Part shown: in pieces, positions 19,007-29,359 of the stretch
Layout: each line of letters begins with the position of its first letter
Position numbering within the stretch: the first letter of the stretch is position 1
Origin: Bacteroidota bacterium
GTDB taxonomy: Bacteria; CLD3; SB21
Assembly: GCA_037445875.1 (NCBI GenBank)
Contig: JBBIJR010000001.1
Location: forward strand, 4,429-68,428
Reading direction: 5' to 3'
DNA length: 64,000 nucleotides
Position numbers and translations under genes: made by a program
Notes under the pieces: generated by a model
Database searches by the model: none
What the model was told of the DNA's origin: nothing
The model's input: only the letters and a program-made list of their open reading frames with translations

Positions 19007-20398
19007 ATGGCAGAAGACGCTGCAACGCCCAAGATGGTCTGGGCGCAGTGTTGTGACATCATCAAAAGCCAGATCCCCAGTCCTTCGTACCGGACCTGGA
19101 TCAATCCGATCGTACCGCTGAAGATTGAGGATCAGAAACTGGTCGTGGCCATACCCAACCAGTTCTTCATCGAATGGCTGGAGGGACGTTACAGTCATCT
19201 GATCCAGTCGGCGCTGACGCTTGTGGTAGGTAACCACTTCGGCATCAGGTACGTCGTCAAGGAACATGACACCGCTCAGGCCGGTAACGGCCAGGACACC
19301 GGCGAGGCGCTGGCGTCCGTTCCGGTCGTTCCCATCCGCGTACTCGAATCCAGGGACGACCCGTTCGAGTCCAACCTCAACCCGCGGTACACCTTCGACA
19401 ACTATATCGAGGGCAACGGCAACAAGTTTGCCCGCGCCGCGGCGCTCGCGGTGTCGGAAAAACCCGGAAAGACGTCGTTCAATCCGCTGGTCATCTACGG
19501 AGGGGCCGGGCTCGGAAAGACCCACCTCATCCAGGGCATCGGCAACTACGTCAAGGCGAACTACCCGGACAAACGCATTGCGTACGTCACGAGCGAGAGT
19601 TTTACCAACGACTTCGTGACCGCCATCCGCAACGACAAGGTCCAGGAGTTCAGCCGCCTGTACCGCAATTTCGATCTCCTGATGGTGGATGACATTCAGT
19701 TCTTTGCCGACAAAGGCAAAACGCAGGAAGAGTTCTTCCACACCTTCAACACGCTTCACCAGATGGGCAAACAGATCGTACTCACGTCGGACCGCCCGCC
19801 GAAGGAACTCAAACACGTGGAGGAACGCCTCATTTCGCGATTCCAGTGGGGTCTCGTCACCGACATTCAGCCGCCGGATCTCGAGACGCGCATCGCCATC
19901 CTCCAAAAGCGCAGCGAGGAGGACGGCGTCTACCTGCCGCCCGATGTGTGCGAATTCGTGGCCATGAACATCACGTCCAATATCCGCGAACTGGAGGGTT
20001 CGCTGATCAAGTTGCTGGCGTACGCTTCCATCGCCAACACCGAACTGAGCCTCGACCTGGCCAAGTCGGTCCTCAAGGACACGATCGCGGTCAAGAAGAA
20101 GAACCTGTCCATCGAGATGGTGCAGAAGACCGTGGCGGACTACTACGGAATTGCGGAAGATCTGCTCAGGGCCAAGACGCGCAAGAAAGAGGTCGCCGAG
20201 GCGCGCCAGATCTGCATGTTCCTAATCAAGGAAGTGCTGGGATGCTCTCTAAAGACCATCGGTCTTCATTTCGGCGGGCGCGACCACTCGACGGTCATCC
20301 ACGCCTGCCGGCTCGTCGAAGAATGGGCGGCGGAAAATCCCAAAGTGCGTGACGATCTCGAAACGATCAAGCGCAAGATCGAGCTGGCCGGATTTTGA
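19007..20398 (+). CDS. dnaA: Chromosomal replication initiator protein DnaA
   Basis: Domain I (MVWAQCCDIIKSQIPSPSYRTWINPI), AAA+ Walker A GGAGLGKTHL, Walker B LLMVDDIQF, and C-terminal DNA-binding domain (HSTVIHACR). The ORF-track start (GTG 18896) lies inside a DnaA box. ATG 19007 (MAEDAATPKMVWAQC) or ATG 18923 are more plausible starts. Confidence 0.9.
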   Translation: MAEDAATPKMVWAQCCDIIKSQIPSPSYRTWINPIVPLKIEDQKLVVAIPNQFFIEWLEGRYSHLIQSALTLVVGNHFGIRYVVKEHDTAQAGNGQDTGEALASVPVVPIRVLESRDDPFESNLNPRYTFDNYIEGNGNKFARAAALAVSEKPGKTSFNPLVIYGGAGLGKTHLIQGIGNYVKANYPDKRIAYVTSESFTNDFVTAIRNDKVQEFSRLYRNFDLLMVDDIQFFADKGKTQEEFFHTFNTLHQMGKQIVLTSDRPPKELKHVEERLISRFQWGLVTDIQPPDLETRIAILQKRSEEDGVYLPPDVCEFVAMNITSNIRELEGSLIKLLAYASIANTELSLDLAKSVLKDTIAVKKKNLSIEMVQKTVADYYGIAEDLLRAKTRKKEVAEARQICMFLIKEVLGCSLKTIGLHFGGRDHSTVIHACRLVEEWAAENPKVRDDLETIKRKIELAGF

Positions 20399-20428
20399 AG
20401 GATCCTTTCACCTGATCCCACCAAAGAA

Positions 20429-20458
20429 GGGGCCTGTTCGTCAGGTCCCCTTTTTTTT
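20429..20458. terminator. Rho-independent (bidirectional) terminator between convergent dnaA and the REC-HK gene
   Basis: GC-rich hairpin ggggcctg-ttcgt-caggtcccc followed by T8 (20451-20458) on the plus strand. The complementary strand has the same stem followed by ttcttt. Confidence 0.55.
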
Positions 20459-21571
20459 GATCGGAAGTCTGAGTGTGAATTCGCTGCCCTCGCTTTCCGT
20501 GGATCGCACCGTAAGATCGCCGCGGTTGATGTATGCCAGATCGCGCGCAATGGGCAGTCCCAGGCCGGCCCCCTGCTGCTCCATCTCCGACCGGTTTACC
20601 TGGTAGAACTTCTCGAAAATGTACGAGATCTTGTCGGCCGGGATGCCAATGCCCGTGTCTTTGATGCAGATAAAGACGTCCTCGTCGTCCTGTTCGCACC
20701 GGATATGCACGGTCCCTTGCGGTTTGTTGAATTTCACGGCATTGTGGACCAGGCGTTCGATGACGTCGGCGAACTGGTCCACGTGTATTTCGACGGGAGG
20801 CAGCGGCGTACCGAGATCGGCGGTCAGGCGGATACCGGCGGCGGAGGCCATCTTCTCCAGCTTGGGCAGCAGGTGGCGCAGGATGTAACTCACGTCCACT
20901 TCCTGTTTCGCTTCTTTGAACTCCTTGATCGCATCGCCCGCCGCTATGCGCGCGGAGATGAGAAAGTCCTTCAAGAGCCCATCGAGCCTCTCCCCACTCC
21001 GCTGAATCCGCATCAGCAGTTCCTGCAATTCCGTCGGCTTGAACTCCATGCTGTCGTCGAGCAAAAGGTTGGTGGTGAGCTTAATGATGAAGAGAGGAGT
21101 GTTGACCTCGTGGGTGATCGTGGAGAGAATTTCCCGCTTCAGATGGTCCACCTCGTTCATCGCCTGATGGTGGGCCGACGAGCGGATTTCCTGCACCCGT
21201 TTCAGCTTGCCCCGAATGGACACAAGCAGATCTTCTTGTTCGATCGGCTTGGTCAGGAAATCGTCCGAACCGATCTCCTTGCTGTGCCGGCGTTTTTCGA
21301 TGTCGGAGTGGGCCGTCAGAAAAATGAACGGTATGGAGCGGAGATGTTCGAGCTTCTTCACCTGGTCGTAGAGTTCGAAGCCGTCCATGTTGGGCATAGA
21401 GATGTCGCTCACAATGAGGTCGGGGGTGAACTGCTTGAGTTTTTCCAGGGCATCGAAGCCGTTGACGGCAAGCGTCACATCGTAATGGCTCCGGCTCAGG
21501 TAGATGTTGATCAGCTGGCGGTTCTGGAAGTCGTCCTCGACGACCAGGATCTTGATGTGCTCTTCCGCCAT
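20441..21571 (-). CDS. Response-regulator receiver fused to a histidine kinase (REC-HisKA-HATPase_c)
   Basis: N-terminal receiver (ILVVEDDFQNRQL...DLIVSDISMPNMDGFEL), H-box ITHEVNTPL, and ATPase boxes KDTGIGIP / GAGLGLPI. Confidence 0.8.
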   Translation of the reverse strand: MAEEHIKILVVEDDFQNRQLINIYLSRSHYDVTLAVNGFDALEKLKQFTPDLIVSDISMPNMDGFELYDQVKKLEHLRSIPFIFLTAHSDIEKRRHSKEIGSDDFLTKPIEQEDLLVSIRGKLKRVQEIRSSAHHQAMNEVDHLKREILSTITHEVNTPLFIIKLTTNLLLDDSMEFKPTELQELLMRIQRSGERLDGLLKDFLISARIAAGDAIKEFKEAKQEVDVSYILRHLLPKLEKMASAAGIRLTADLGTPLPPVEIHVDQFADVIERLVHNAVKFNKPQGTVHIRCEQDDEDVFICIKDTGIGIPADKISYIFEKFYQVNRSEMEQQGAGLGLPIARDLAYINRGDLTVRSTESEGSEFTLRLPIKKKGT

Positions 21572-21584
21572 GGCGGCACCTCTT

Positions 21585-23687
21585 TCAACTGACCCGGCTG
21601 CCCTCGGTCACGGGCGCTTCCGGGATCAGCACTTTTAGTTGTTCGTCGTCGCCGACGGTCAATAGCATGCCCTGCGATTCAACGCCGCGGATTCTCGCCG
21701 GCTTCAAGTTGACCACGACGATCACCTGGCGCCCGACGAGTTCTTCCGGTCTGTAATGCTGCGCGAGGCCAGACACGATCTGCCGTTTCTCGAATCCGAG
21801 ATCGACCTGCAGTTTCAGGAGTTTATCCGAACCCTTGATCTTCTCCGCCTCCAGCACGCGTGCGGTGCGCAGGTCCAGTCTGGCGAATTCGTCGATCGAT
21901 ACGGCGGCAAGAAGCGGCGCGGTCCGGACGGGCTCCTCCCGTGCTTCTTTCGTGTCGAGCACGGCTCTGAGCCGGGCCGTCTGCATTGCGATCGCGCCGT
22001 CCTCGATTTTGGGGAACACAATCTCCGGCTGGCCGAGTACATGGCCCTCCGCCAGAAGCTCGACACCGATCGCCGACCAGCGCTGTCCCACCACCGATCC
22101 CGGCAGACCCAGCATGCGCCAGACCTTCTCGGAAGTGAACGGCAGGAACGGGTGCATCAGGACGGCCAGTGCTTTCACGACCTGCAGGCCGACATGGATC
22201 GAGGCTTCGCAGGCCGCACGATCGGTTTTGACCGTTTTCCACGGCTCGCTGTCGTTGAAATGTTTGTTGGCCGCACGCGAGAGGTCCATGAAGCGGCGGC
22301 ATGCGTCCCTTATTCGGAACCGCTCGATGAACTCACCCACCTCCGTCCGCGCCTTTCGCACTTCGTCGAGCATTTCCCGGTCCGGCCCGGCCGGCTTGTG
22401 CGCGGCCGGGACCTTTCCGTCGAACTGCCTCCGCGTGAACGTGAGGATGCGGTTGACGAAATTGCCCAGAATATCGGCGAGTTCGTTGTTGTTGCGCGCC
22501 TGGAAATCGCGCCAGGAGAAATCCGAGTCCTTGTTTTCGGGCAGGATCGAAGCCAGCGCGTACCGCAGCGGGTCCGGGTCGAACGCGTCCAAATAGTCCC
22601 GCACCCACACGGCATAGTTGCGGCTCGTCGAGAGTTTCTCGCCCTCGAGGTTGAGGAATTCGCACGCCGGAATCTCGGAAACGAGCACATACCGCTCGTT
22701 CTGCCGGCCGCGGTTGTATGCCATCGTGATGGCCGGAAACACGATCGCGTGGAACACAATGTTGTCTTTTCCAATGAAGTGGACCAGTTTGGTATCTTCA
22801 CGGAGCCAGTAGTCCTTCCAGCGGTCCGGTTGGCCGATATGACGGGCCCATGCCTTCGTGGCGGAGATGTACCCCAGCACGGCCTCGAACCACACGTAGA
22901 GCACCTTGCCCGCGGCCCCTTCCAGCACCCGTCCCTTACGGTCCCGTTCGGGCACGGGCACACCCCACTCGAGATCGCGCGTGATCGCCCGGTCCGTCAA
23001 GCCTTGTCGAAACCACCCCTGGCAGTAGTTGATCACGTTGTCCTTCCAGTCTTTCTTCTCCCCGATCCACCGCTCCAACTCTGCCTGGAACTCGCCGAGC
23101 GGCAGGTACCAATGCGTGGTCTCGCGCGCCACGGGTGTTGTGTTCGTCACCTTGCTTCGCGGATGGATCAACTGCATCTGGTTCAGATACGAACCGCATC
23201 GTTCGCACTGGTCGCCGCGGGCCTCGGTGAAACGGCACACGGGACACGTGCCTTCAACATAGCGGTCGGAGAGGAACATCCCCGCCTGCTCGTCGAACCA
23301 TTGCATCTCGGGCTTTCTGCGGAGGATGCCTTTCTCCTCCAGATCCAGAAAGAACCCCTGCGCAGTCTCGTGGTGAACGGGATCCGAAGTGCGCGAGTAG
23401 AAATCGAAGCTGATGCCCATGCGGGCAAATTCATCCTGAATGATCTTCGTGTACCGGTCGACCAGGTCGCGTGGTGAAGCGCCCTCTTTTTCGGCCTGGA
23501 TGGTAATGGGCACACCGTGTTCGTCGCTGCCGCAAATGTAGAGCACATCGCGACCCGTAAGACGCTGGTACCGGACGTAAATATCCGCCGGCAGATAGGC
23601 GCCCGTCAGGCGACCGATGTGGCTGGGACCGTTGGCGTAAGGCAACGCGCTGGTGACAAGAATTCGTTGATGCGGTTTGTCGCTCAT
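21585..23687 (-). CDS. metG: Methionine--tRNA ligase with C-terminal tRNA-binding (EMAP/Trbp111-like) domain
   Basis: ILVTSALPYANGPSHIGRLTGAYLPADIYVRYQRL (HIGH region), zinc knuckle CPVCRF...CERCG, KMSKS-equivalent region, and a C-terminal OB-fold tRNA-binding domain. Start chosen at MSDKPHQRILVTS. Confidence 0.9.
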   Translation of the reverse strand: MSDKPHQRILVTSALPYANGPSHIGRLTGAYLPADIYVRYQRLTGRDVLYICGSDEHGVPITIQAEKEGASPRDLVDRYTKIIQDEFARMGISFDFYSRTSDPVHHETAQGFFLDLEEKGILRRKPEMQWFDEQAGMFLSDRYVEGTCPVCRFTEARGDQCERCGSYLNQMQLIHPRSKVTNTTPVARETTHWYLPLGEFQAELERWIGEKKDWKDNVINYCQGWFRQGLTDRAITRDLEWGVPVPERDRKGRVLEGAAGKVLYVWFEAVLGYISATKAWARHIGQPDRWKDYWLREDTKLVHFIGKDNIVFHAIVFPAITMAYNRGRQNERYVLVSEIPACEFLNLEGEKLSTSRNYAVWVRDYLDAFDPDPLRYALASILPENKDSDFSWRDFQARNNNELADILGNFVNRILTFTRRQFDGKVPAAHKPAGPDREMLDEVRKARTEVGEFIERFRIRDACRRFMDLSRAANKHFNDSEPWKTVKTDRAACEASIHVGLQVVKALAVLMHPFLPFTSEKVWRMLGLPGSVVGQRWSAIGVELLAEGHVLGQPEIVFPKIEDGAIAMQTARLRAVLDTKEAREEPVRTAPLLAAVSIDEFARLDLRTARVLEAEKIKGSDKLLKLQVDLGFEKRQIVSGLAQHYRPEELVGRQVIVVVNLKPARIRGVESQGMLLTVGDDEQLKVLIPEAPVTEGSRVS

Positions 23688-23730
23688 GGTCGTTTCGGTG
23701 GATGAACGGCGGATCGCAGGCCGGTCCGGC

Positions 23731-24543
23731 TCATGCCGGATACACAACTTCCTGCTGCGCGCAGATCAGGCCGAGGGAGGCGTACCTGGATTGCAGATCG
23801 TTCTGGATCCGATCCAGTTCGCTGTCCGTTCGCAGGGGTTCGTGGTGGGTTAGGATCGTCTTCCCGGCTGTTATTTGCAGGGCATTCCGGCAGGCCATGT
23901 CGAACGTACTGTGGCCCCATCCGGCACGCGTTCGATACTCGTCGTCCAGGAACATTGCATCGTGGATCAGCACATCGCAGCCGTGCGCCCAGGCAACGAA
24001 ATCGCGGTTCGTCGCGTTGTCGATCGCCTCGTGATCGCTCGCATAAACAAGGGACGAAGTGCCGTCCGAGATGCGGAAGGCGTAACAGGGATCCGTATGA
24101 TTAAGCGGCTTGAAGGAGACCGTGAAACCGTTGATAACGGCATCGTGGGTCAGGCGGTGGAAGGAGAATTTCGAATTCAACGCTTCCCATCCGTTGAACG
24201 GTCCGTACGAACCGTCGAAATAGATATCCATGACTTCCTGCAGTTGCTCGGCTTTGAACGGGGAGTAGAAGTGATTAACGCTTTTCGGATGATGCACGGG
24301 TCCGAAATAATTGAGGCCTTGAATGTGGTCCCAATGAAAATGGGAAATCAGAATATGAAATTCGCCCATTTTGTTTTCCAGGGCGTCCGAATAGAACCCG
24401 ATGCCGAATCCCGCATCGATGACGAGGCTTCGCTCGCCGCTGCGCACTACGACGCACGGCGTATGGGCGCCGTACTTGAGGATGTCCTCCCCCGGAGCAC
24501 TGATGGATCCGCGGGTCCCGTAGAAAATGACTTCTAGAGCCAT
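23731..24543 (-). CDS. MBL-fold metallo-hydrolase
   Basis: MALEVIFYGTRGS... with HFHWDH (H-x-H-x-D-H) metal-binding motif. Start chosen at MALEV rather than the Arg/Gly-rich extension in the ORF track. Confidence 0.7.
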   Translation of the reverse strand: MALEVIFYGTRGSISAPGEDILKYGAHTPCVVVRSGERSLVIDAGFGIGFYSDALENKMGEFHILISHFHWDHIQGLNYFGPVHHPKSVNHFYSPFKAEQLQEVMDIYFDGSYGPFNGWEALNSKFSFHRLTHDAVINGFTVSFKPLNHTDPCYAFRISDGTSSLVYASDHEAIDNATNRDFVAWAHGCDVLIHDAMFLDDEYRTRAGWGHSTFDMACRNALQITAGKTILTHHEPLRTDSELDRIQNDLQSRYASLGLICAQQEVVYPA

Positions 24544-25436
24544 GCGTCTTCCCCCTCCCGCATGGCGCCGACTTCGATGGCTCCGGCCCTTCCGGACGAC
24601 TGCAGATGCGCCCGTGCCGCTTCGATCTTCTTGTCGACGTCGGCGTCCTTGTCTTCCGGTGCGTGGTGGCCAAGCACCACGCGCCGCACACCCGCCCGAA
24701 CCGCCACGTCCACGGCCATTTCCGGGCATGAGTGGCCCCAGTTCTCCTTGCCTCTGATCGTTTCCTTCGTAAAATGTGTGTCGTACACCATCAGGTCCGT
24801 ACCCGCCACGAACGCGGTCAGCGTTTCCTCAAAAGCTTTTTCCTTGCGGCCATATTCCTTCGGCTCCCAGTTCTTCATCAACGTACCAAGGTGATTGTTG
24901 GCGATCGGCGCCTGGTCCGTGATGATGCAGACCGATTTTCCGCCGTGCTCGATGCGGTAGCCGAGGGTCAAGCCCTGGTGGTTCAGCTCGACCGTGCGGA
25001 CCGTAGCCAACTCCAACTGAAAACTCTGATTGGGGTGGAGTTCCCGGAAATCGATCCGGTCGCGGAACAGGTCGAAGGGGATGGGAATGAGGCCTTTGTT
25101 GTGCTGGTGTTCGAACAGGGCCTTGATGGAGTACTTCTCCGATCGCGGTCCCATAATCGTAATGTGGGTATCGCTGGAAAAGAGCGGCGCAAAGAACGGA
25201 AACGCGAGGATGTGGTCCCAGTGCGTGTGCGTGATCAGGAAGTGGGCGCGGAAGTTCTTCTGTCCGCCGCGGACGATCTGAACGCCCTCCCGGAAGATGC
25301 CCGTACCGCCGTCGACGTAGATCGGGGACATGCCCTCAATGGTGATCTTGAAGGCCGTTGTATTGCCGCCGTACGCGACGCGACGCCGCGTCAGGATCGG
25401 GCGCGAGCCCCGTGTACCTAAGAGCGTAAACCGCAT
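24534..25436 (-). CDS. MBL-fold metallo-hydrolase (paralog, tandem with the previous)
   Basis: MRFTLLGTRGSRPI... with THTHWDH motif; 10-nt overlap with the downstream paralog. Confidence 0.7.
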   Translation of the reverse strand: MRFTLLGTRGSRPILTRRRVAYGGNTTAFKITIEGMSPIYVDGGTGIFREGVQIVRGGQKNFRAHFLITHTHWDHILAFPFFAPLFSSDTHITIMGPRSEKYSIKALFEHQHNKGLIPIPFDLFRDRIDFRELHPNQSFQLELATVRTVELNHQGLTLGYRIEHGGKSVCIITDQAPIANNHLGTLMKNWEPKEYGRKEKAFEETLTAFVAGTDLMVYDTHFTKETIRGKENWGHSCPEMAVDVAVRAGVRRVVLGHHAPEDKDADVDKKIEAARAHLQSSGRAGAIEVGAMREGEDAWL

Positions 25437-25448
25437 GTATCTTAAGAG

Positions 25449-26432
25449 CTAGATGGCCGGTCTTGGAAACTTGTGATCCTTAAAGAACGGATCGTTCTCC
25501 ATGAACTCCTTGAGCGGATTTTGAACGGCGCCGGACTCGACCTTTGCGTGCGTCTCACAGTGGCTCGACCGACAGCCCCCCTCACCACCTTGACAGTCGC
25601 CCGGACAGCCGTATACTTCATTCAGATCCAGACCCAGCAGAGTGGCCACTTCCTCCAGCCTCAGCGTTTCCCACTCTTCCTCGCTTCGGTGTTTGACATA
25701 GACCTTGTTGCCGATGATGTCCATATGCTTGATCTCCCCGGTGCCGCGGGCGGTTCGAAGCGAATCGCCGACGCCGGGAAATTTCGAGAGCGTGTTGACG
25801 TAGAAATCGCGCTCGTACGCCAGGCAGCATTTCAAACGCCCGCACAGACCCGTCAGCTTGGACGGATTCAACTGAAGGCCCTGGTCTCTGGCAAACTCCG
25901 TCGTGATGGGCTGGAAACCCTGCAGATGAGCGCTGCAGCACAGCTCCTTTCCACACGGACCGTATCCTCCGACACGTTTGGCCTCGTCGCGCACTCCGAT
26001 CTGGCGAAGTTCAATCCGTGTTCTGAATTCTGCGGCGAGGTCGCGAACGAGCGATCGGAAATCCACTCGCTTGTCGGCTGTGAAGTAAAACACAATGCGC
26101 CGCCGGTCGAACTGGTACTCGGCCTCGACGAGCTTCATTTTGAGGCCCGATTTCTCCACCTTTTGTCGGAAGATCTCCTCCGCCCGAACTTCATCCGCAC
26201 GGTTCTCACCCACTCGATGGATTTCGTCGGGATTGGCCAATCGGACGAACGTTCGGAGCTCCTTTTGAGGAACCAGCGCTTCCGGTGTTTCGCCCATGGT
26301 CACGACACCGAGGTCTACGCCCGATTCCGCTTGAACAATAACGTAATCGCCGACCTTGACGTGCAGATTGTGTTTATTGTCGAAAAAGTCTCGTCTGTGG
26401 GACTTGAACGTAACTTGTATGACGTTGGACAT
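25449..26432 (-). CDS. PSP1 C-terminal domain protein (RicT/YaaT-like)
   Basis: Conserved Cys cluster (CGKELCCSAHL...CGRLKCCLAYE, ...CPGDCQGGEGGC) typical of PSP1/RicT. Conserved gene order downstream of holB, as in Firmicutes yaaT. Confidence 0.75.
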   Translation of the reverse strand: MSNVIQVTFKSHRRDFFDNKHNLHVKVGDYVIVQAESGVDLGVVTMGETPEALVPQKELRTFVRLANPDEIHRVGENRADEVRAEEIFRQKVEKSGLKMKLVEAEYQFDRRRIVFYFTADKRVDFRSLVRDLAAEFRTRIELRQIGVRDEAKRVGGYGPCGKELCCSAHLQGFQPITTEFARDQGLQLNPSKLTGLCGRLKCCLAYERDFYVNTLSKFPGVGDSLRTARGTGEIKHMDIIGNKVYVKHRSEEEWETLRLEEVATLLGLDLNEVYGCPGDCQGGEGGCRSSHCETHAKVESGAVQNPLKEFMENDPFFKDHKFPRPAI

Positions 26433-26468
26433 GGACCATCTTTCGAATCGGCTTCCGGATGAAGGATA

Positions 26469-27590
26469 CTAGCGTGGAAGAACCAGTTTCCGCAGGCTCA
26501 GTCCCAGATTCAACAATACCAAATTAAGATAGATATTTCGTGAAAGAAGGTCAACAGCTTTTTCTATCTCAAGGATTGATTTTTCAACATTTGCCTGCGG
26601 AAAACTACGCAGAAAACGCTGGAGCCGGTCCCTCTTGTCCTGATTCGTGAGACGAGCTTCGACATGGGAAGGGGCGCTGTGGCGGACGTATAAGAGATCC
26701 TGAAACCACGTGAGCATGAGGGCCAGAATATCCGGAGTCAGCGAACGGTCCTTTCTATTCTCACCCGCCAGCGTGTCGGCGAAGTCCGGTAGAGTTCGCA
26801 CGTCCGGTGATAACACGGCAACGAGGAAGTCAAGCATCAGGTCGCGGCGACGGGTCAACTCGCCGGAGAGGAGGTGCAGCGCCCGGCCGTAATTGCCGTC
26901 GGACAGGCGGGCCACGACATGCGCCTCCACGATGTCCTGTCCCTTTCGTTCCACCAAAGCCTGCTCGATCTCGCGGTCGGAAGCCGGGTGGAGTTTGACC
27001 ACCTGACAGCGCGAGACGATCGTGGGCAGCACCTGGTGAACCTGCGTTGTCGTCAGAAAATACAGGCTCTTCTCCGGAGGTTCCTCGAGTATCTTCAGAA
27101 GCGCATTGGCCGCTTCCGCGTTCATCTCTTCGATGAACGTGACTAGAAATACCTTCCTACCGCCCTCGAAAGACCGAAGAGACATTTCCCGCAGAAGACC
27201 CCGCACCGAATTTTTCTCCGGCTGATCCGGATCACCGATGTGGATACTGCCGCCCGACACCTTTACCCGCGTGTACGATTCGACCGCCTTTGCGTCAAGA
27301 AATTCGCGAATGTCGTCTTCCGATGTGGATTTCAACGTCGGAAAGTAGTAGTGCACATCCGGGTGCTGAAAGGACGAAACCTTTCTGCAGGACGCACACG
27401 TTCCGCAGGGTTCGAATCGTTCCGCGTCCGGCGAGGAGCACATGAAGAACTTCGCCGCCTCGAGCGCAAGTTCCTCCGCGCCCAGTCCTTCCTCTCCGAC
27501 CAGCAGGTATGCATGGGCCAGTCTATCGTTCCGAAAGGCGCGGTACAGCTGTTGTTTGGCCCGCTCCTGGCCAACGACGTTGGACAGCAT
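26469..27590 (-). CDS. holB: DNA polymerase III subunit delta' (clamp-loader AAA+ protein)
   Basis: HAYLLVGEEGLGAEELA with the zinc-module cysteines (CGTCASC), then AAA+ lid and sensor regions. Start chosen at MLSNVVGQERAKQQL. Confidence 0.75.
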   Translation of the reverse strand: MLSNVVGQERAKQQLYRAFRNDRLAHAYLLVGEEGLGAEELALEAAKFFMCSSPDAERFEPCGTCASCRKVSSFQHPDVHYYFPTLKSTSEDDIREFLDAKAVESYTRVKVSGGSIHIGDPDQPEKNSVRGLLREMSLRSFEGGRKVFLVTFIEEMNAEAANALLKILEEPPEKSLYFLTTTQVHQVLPTIVSRCQVVKLHPASDREIEQALVERKGQDIVEAHVVARLSDGNYGRALHLLSGELTRRRDLMLDFLVAVLSPDVRTLPDFADTLAGENRKDRSLTPDILALMLTWFQDLLYVRHSAPSHVEARLTNQDKRDRLQRFLRSFPQANVEKSILEIEKAVDLLSRNIYLNLVLLNLGLSLRKLVLPR

Positions 27591-27861
27591 GTGTTTTTTC
27601 TCCGTTTGGCAGTATAAAGATAAGAAAACGAGCATTGGAAAAAAGAGGAAGATTCTGGAAAGCGGGACGAACGCGAACAGCATGGATGCCTGCTTGGATG
27701 TTGCCTTCCATTCGGGGAATCCGTACATTAGAATATAATATCACGGCACACCGGTTCCGGTCATTTCGAATCACCTAGGCGCGTTCTTCGGGTGCGCTTC
27801 GGAACGGGTTCAGAACATCGAAGACCGCGTGTGAGCGCCACCGAACACAACAAAGAATCGG

Positions 27862-28569
27862 ATGAAAAAGGGTGCATTCAAGGATCGGGTTTGTGTCATC
27901 ACCGGAGCCTCCGGCGGACTGGGGCGCGCGGTGGCCACGCGGTTCCTGGAAGCCGGTGCGATTGTGGTCGGTCTGGCCCGGCAGCGGCCCGGCCAGTTGA
28001 CCGGCGAGTACACGGGCCGGTGGAGATTCAAGAAGGCGGACGCATCGGACAACAAGCAGATCGTGACGGTTTTCCGCCAGATCGGCAAGGAACTGGGACG
28101 CATCGACGCGCTGATCAATCTGATCGGCGGCATCTATCCCTGGTCCAACCTGAACGAGGTGGCTCTAGAAACGTGGGAACGAACGTTCGCCGTCAATTTG
28201 ACCAGCACGTATCTATGCTGCCGCGAAGCGCTCAAGATCATGATCCCGCAGAACAGCGGCAGTATTGTCAACGTCGGTGCACTGGCGGCCTTGCGGGGCG
28301 GGGCGCAGGCCGGACCGTACGGGGCGGCCAAAGCCGCCGTAATCAACCTCACCGAAACCGTTGCCGAAGAGAACAAGACCCACAACATTCGCGCCAACGT
28401 GATCGTACCCGGCATCATCGACACCCCGGCCAACCGGGAGGCCATGCCCGACGCCGACACCTCCAGGTGGGTCCGCCCGGAAGCGCTGAGCGAAGTCCTG
28501 CTGTTCCTCGCCTCCGACGACTCTGCACCGATCAACGGTTCGATCATCCGCGTAACGGGAAAGTTCTGA
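27862..28569 (+). CDS. SDR-family oxidoreductase
   Basis: [16 protein letters not shown] (TGxxxGxG) and downstream YGAAK catalytic motif. Confidence 0.8.
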   Translation: MKKGAFKDRVCVITGASGGLGRAVATRFLEAGAIVVGLARQRPGQLTGEYTGRWRFKKADASDNKQIVTVFRQIGKELGRIDALINLIGGIYPWSNLNEVALETWERTFAVNLTSTYLCCREALKIMIPQNSGSIVNVGALAALRGGAQAGPYGAAKAAVINLTETVAEENKTHNIRANVIVPGIIDTPANREAMPDADTSRWVRPEALSEVLLFLASDDSAPINGSIIRVTGKF

Positions 28570-28570
28570 G

Positions 28571-29338
28571 ATGGCGTCTCCGTGGCGTCTCGACGGCCGC
28601 ACCGCAGTGGTCACCGGAGCGACCAGAGGCATCGGTCGCGCCGTGGCGGAGGAACTGCTAGGCCTGGGGGCCGAGGTGCTGATTGTGGCGCGCGGTTCCT
28701 TCGAAATACAACAGACGGTGAACGCCTGGCGGCAACAAGGAAAGAATGCCCGCGGCGTTCCAGGGGACGTTACCCAACCGGCGGACCGTGAACGGCTCGT
28801 CAAAGAAGTGAGCAATACCTGGGGCCGCCTCGACATCCCCGTCAACAACGCCGGCACCAACATCCGGAAGAAAGCGCTCGACTATACGCCGGATGAGGTG
28901 GACAGCATCTTTCAGACGAATCTCGTGTCGGTGTTCGAACTTACGCGGCAACTGTATCCCATGCTGAAAGCGGGCACTGAACCGGCGATCGTTCATGTGT
29001 CCTCTGTCGCGGCGCTCACCCATTTGCGGACAGGCACCGTCTACGCGATGACCAAGGCGGCCTTGCTGCAGTTAACCCGCAACCTGGCCGTGGAGTGGGC
29101 ATCGGATGGAATCCGCGTCAACGCCGTAGCCCCGTGGTACATTCAAACACCGCTGGCGGAGCAGGTTCTGGCCGACGCCGAATACCGGGGTGAAGTGATC
29201 CGGCGAACGCCGATGGGCCGCATCGGGCAGCCGGCCGAAGTGGCGCGTACGGTGGCCTTCCTGTGCATGCCGGCCTCATCGTATATCACGGGCCAGTGCA
29301 TCGCTGTGGACGGCGGGTTTACCGTTTACGGATTCTGA
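28571..29338 (+). CDS. SDR-family oxidoreductase
   Basis: [19 protein letters not shown] and YAMTKAAL (YxxxK) motifs; 1-nt gap from the previous SDR. Confidence 0.8.
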   Translation: MASPWRLDGRTAVVTGATRGIGRAVAEELLGLGAEVLIVARGSFEIQQTVNAWRQQGKNARGVPGDVTQPADRERLVKEVSNTWGRLDIPVNNAGTNIRKKALDYTPDEVDSIFQTNLVSVFELTRQLYPMLKAGTEPAIVHVSSVAALTHLRTGTVYAMTKAALLQLTRNLAVEWASDGIRVNAVAPWYIQTPLAEQVLADAEYRGEVIRRTPMGRIGQPAEVARTVAFLCMPASSYITGQCIAVDGGFTVYGF

Positions 29339-29359
29339 ACCTCGATCGAAAGGACATCC

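Noticed and set aside
21756-23477. 573-aa plus-strand ORF antisense to metG
   Set aside because: It is antisense to a well-supported aminoacyl-tRNA synthetase and its composition is biased and not protein-like.
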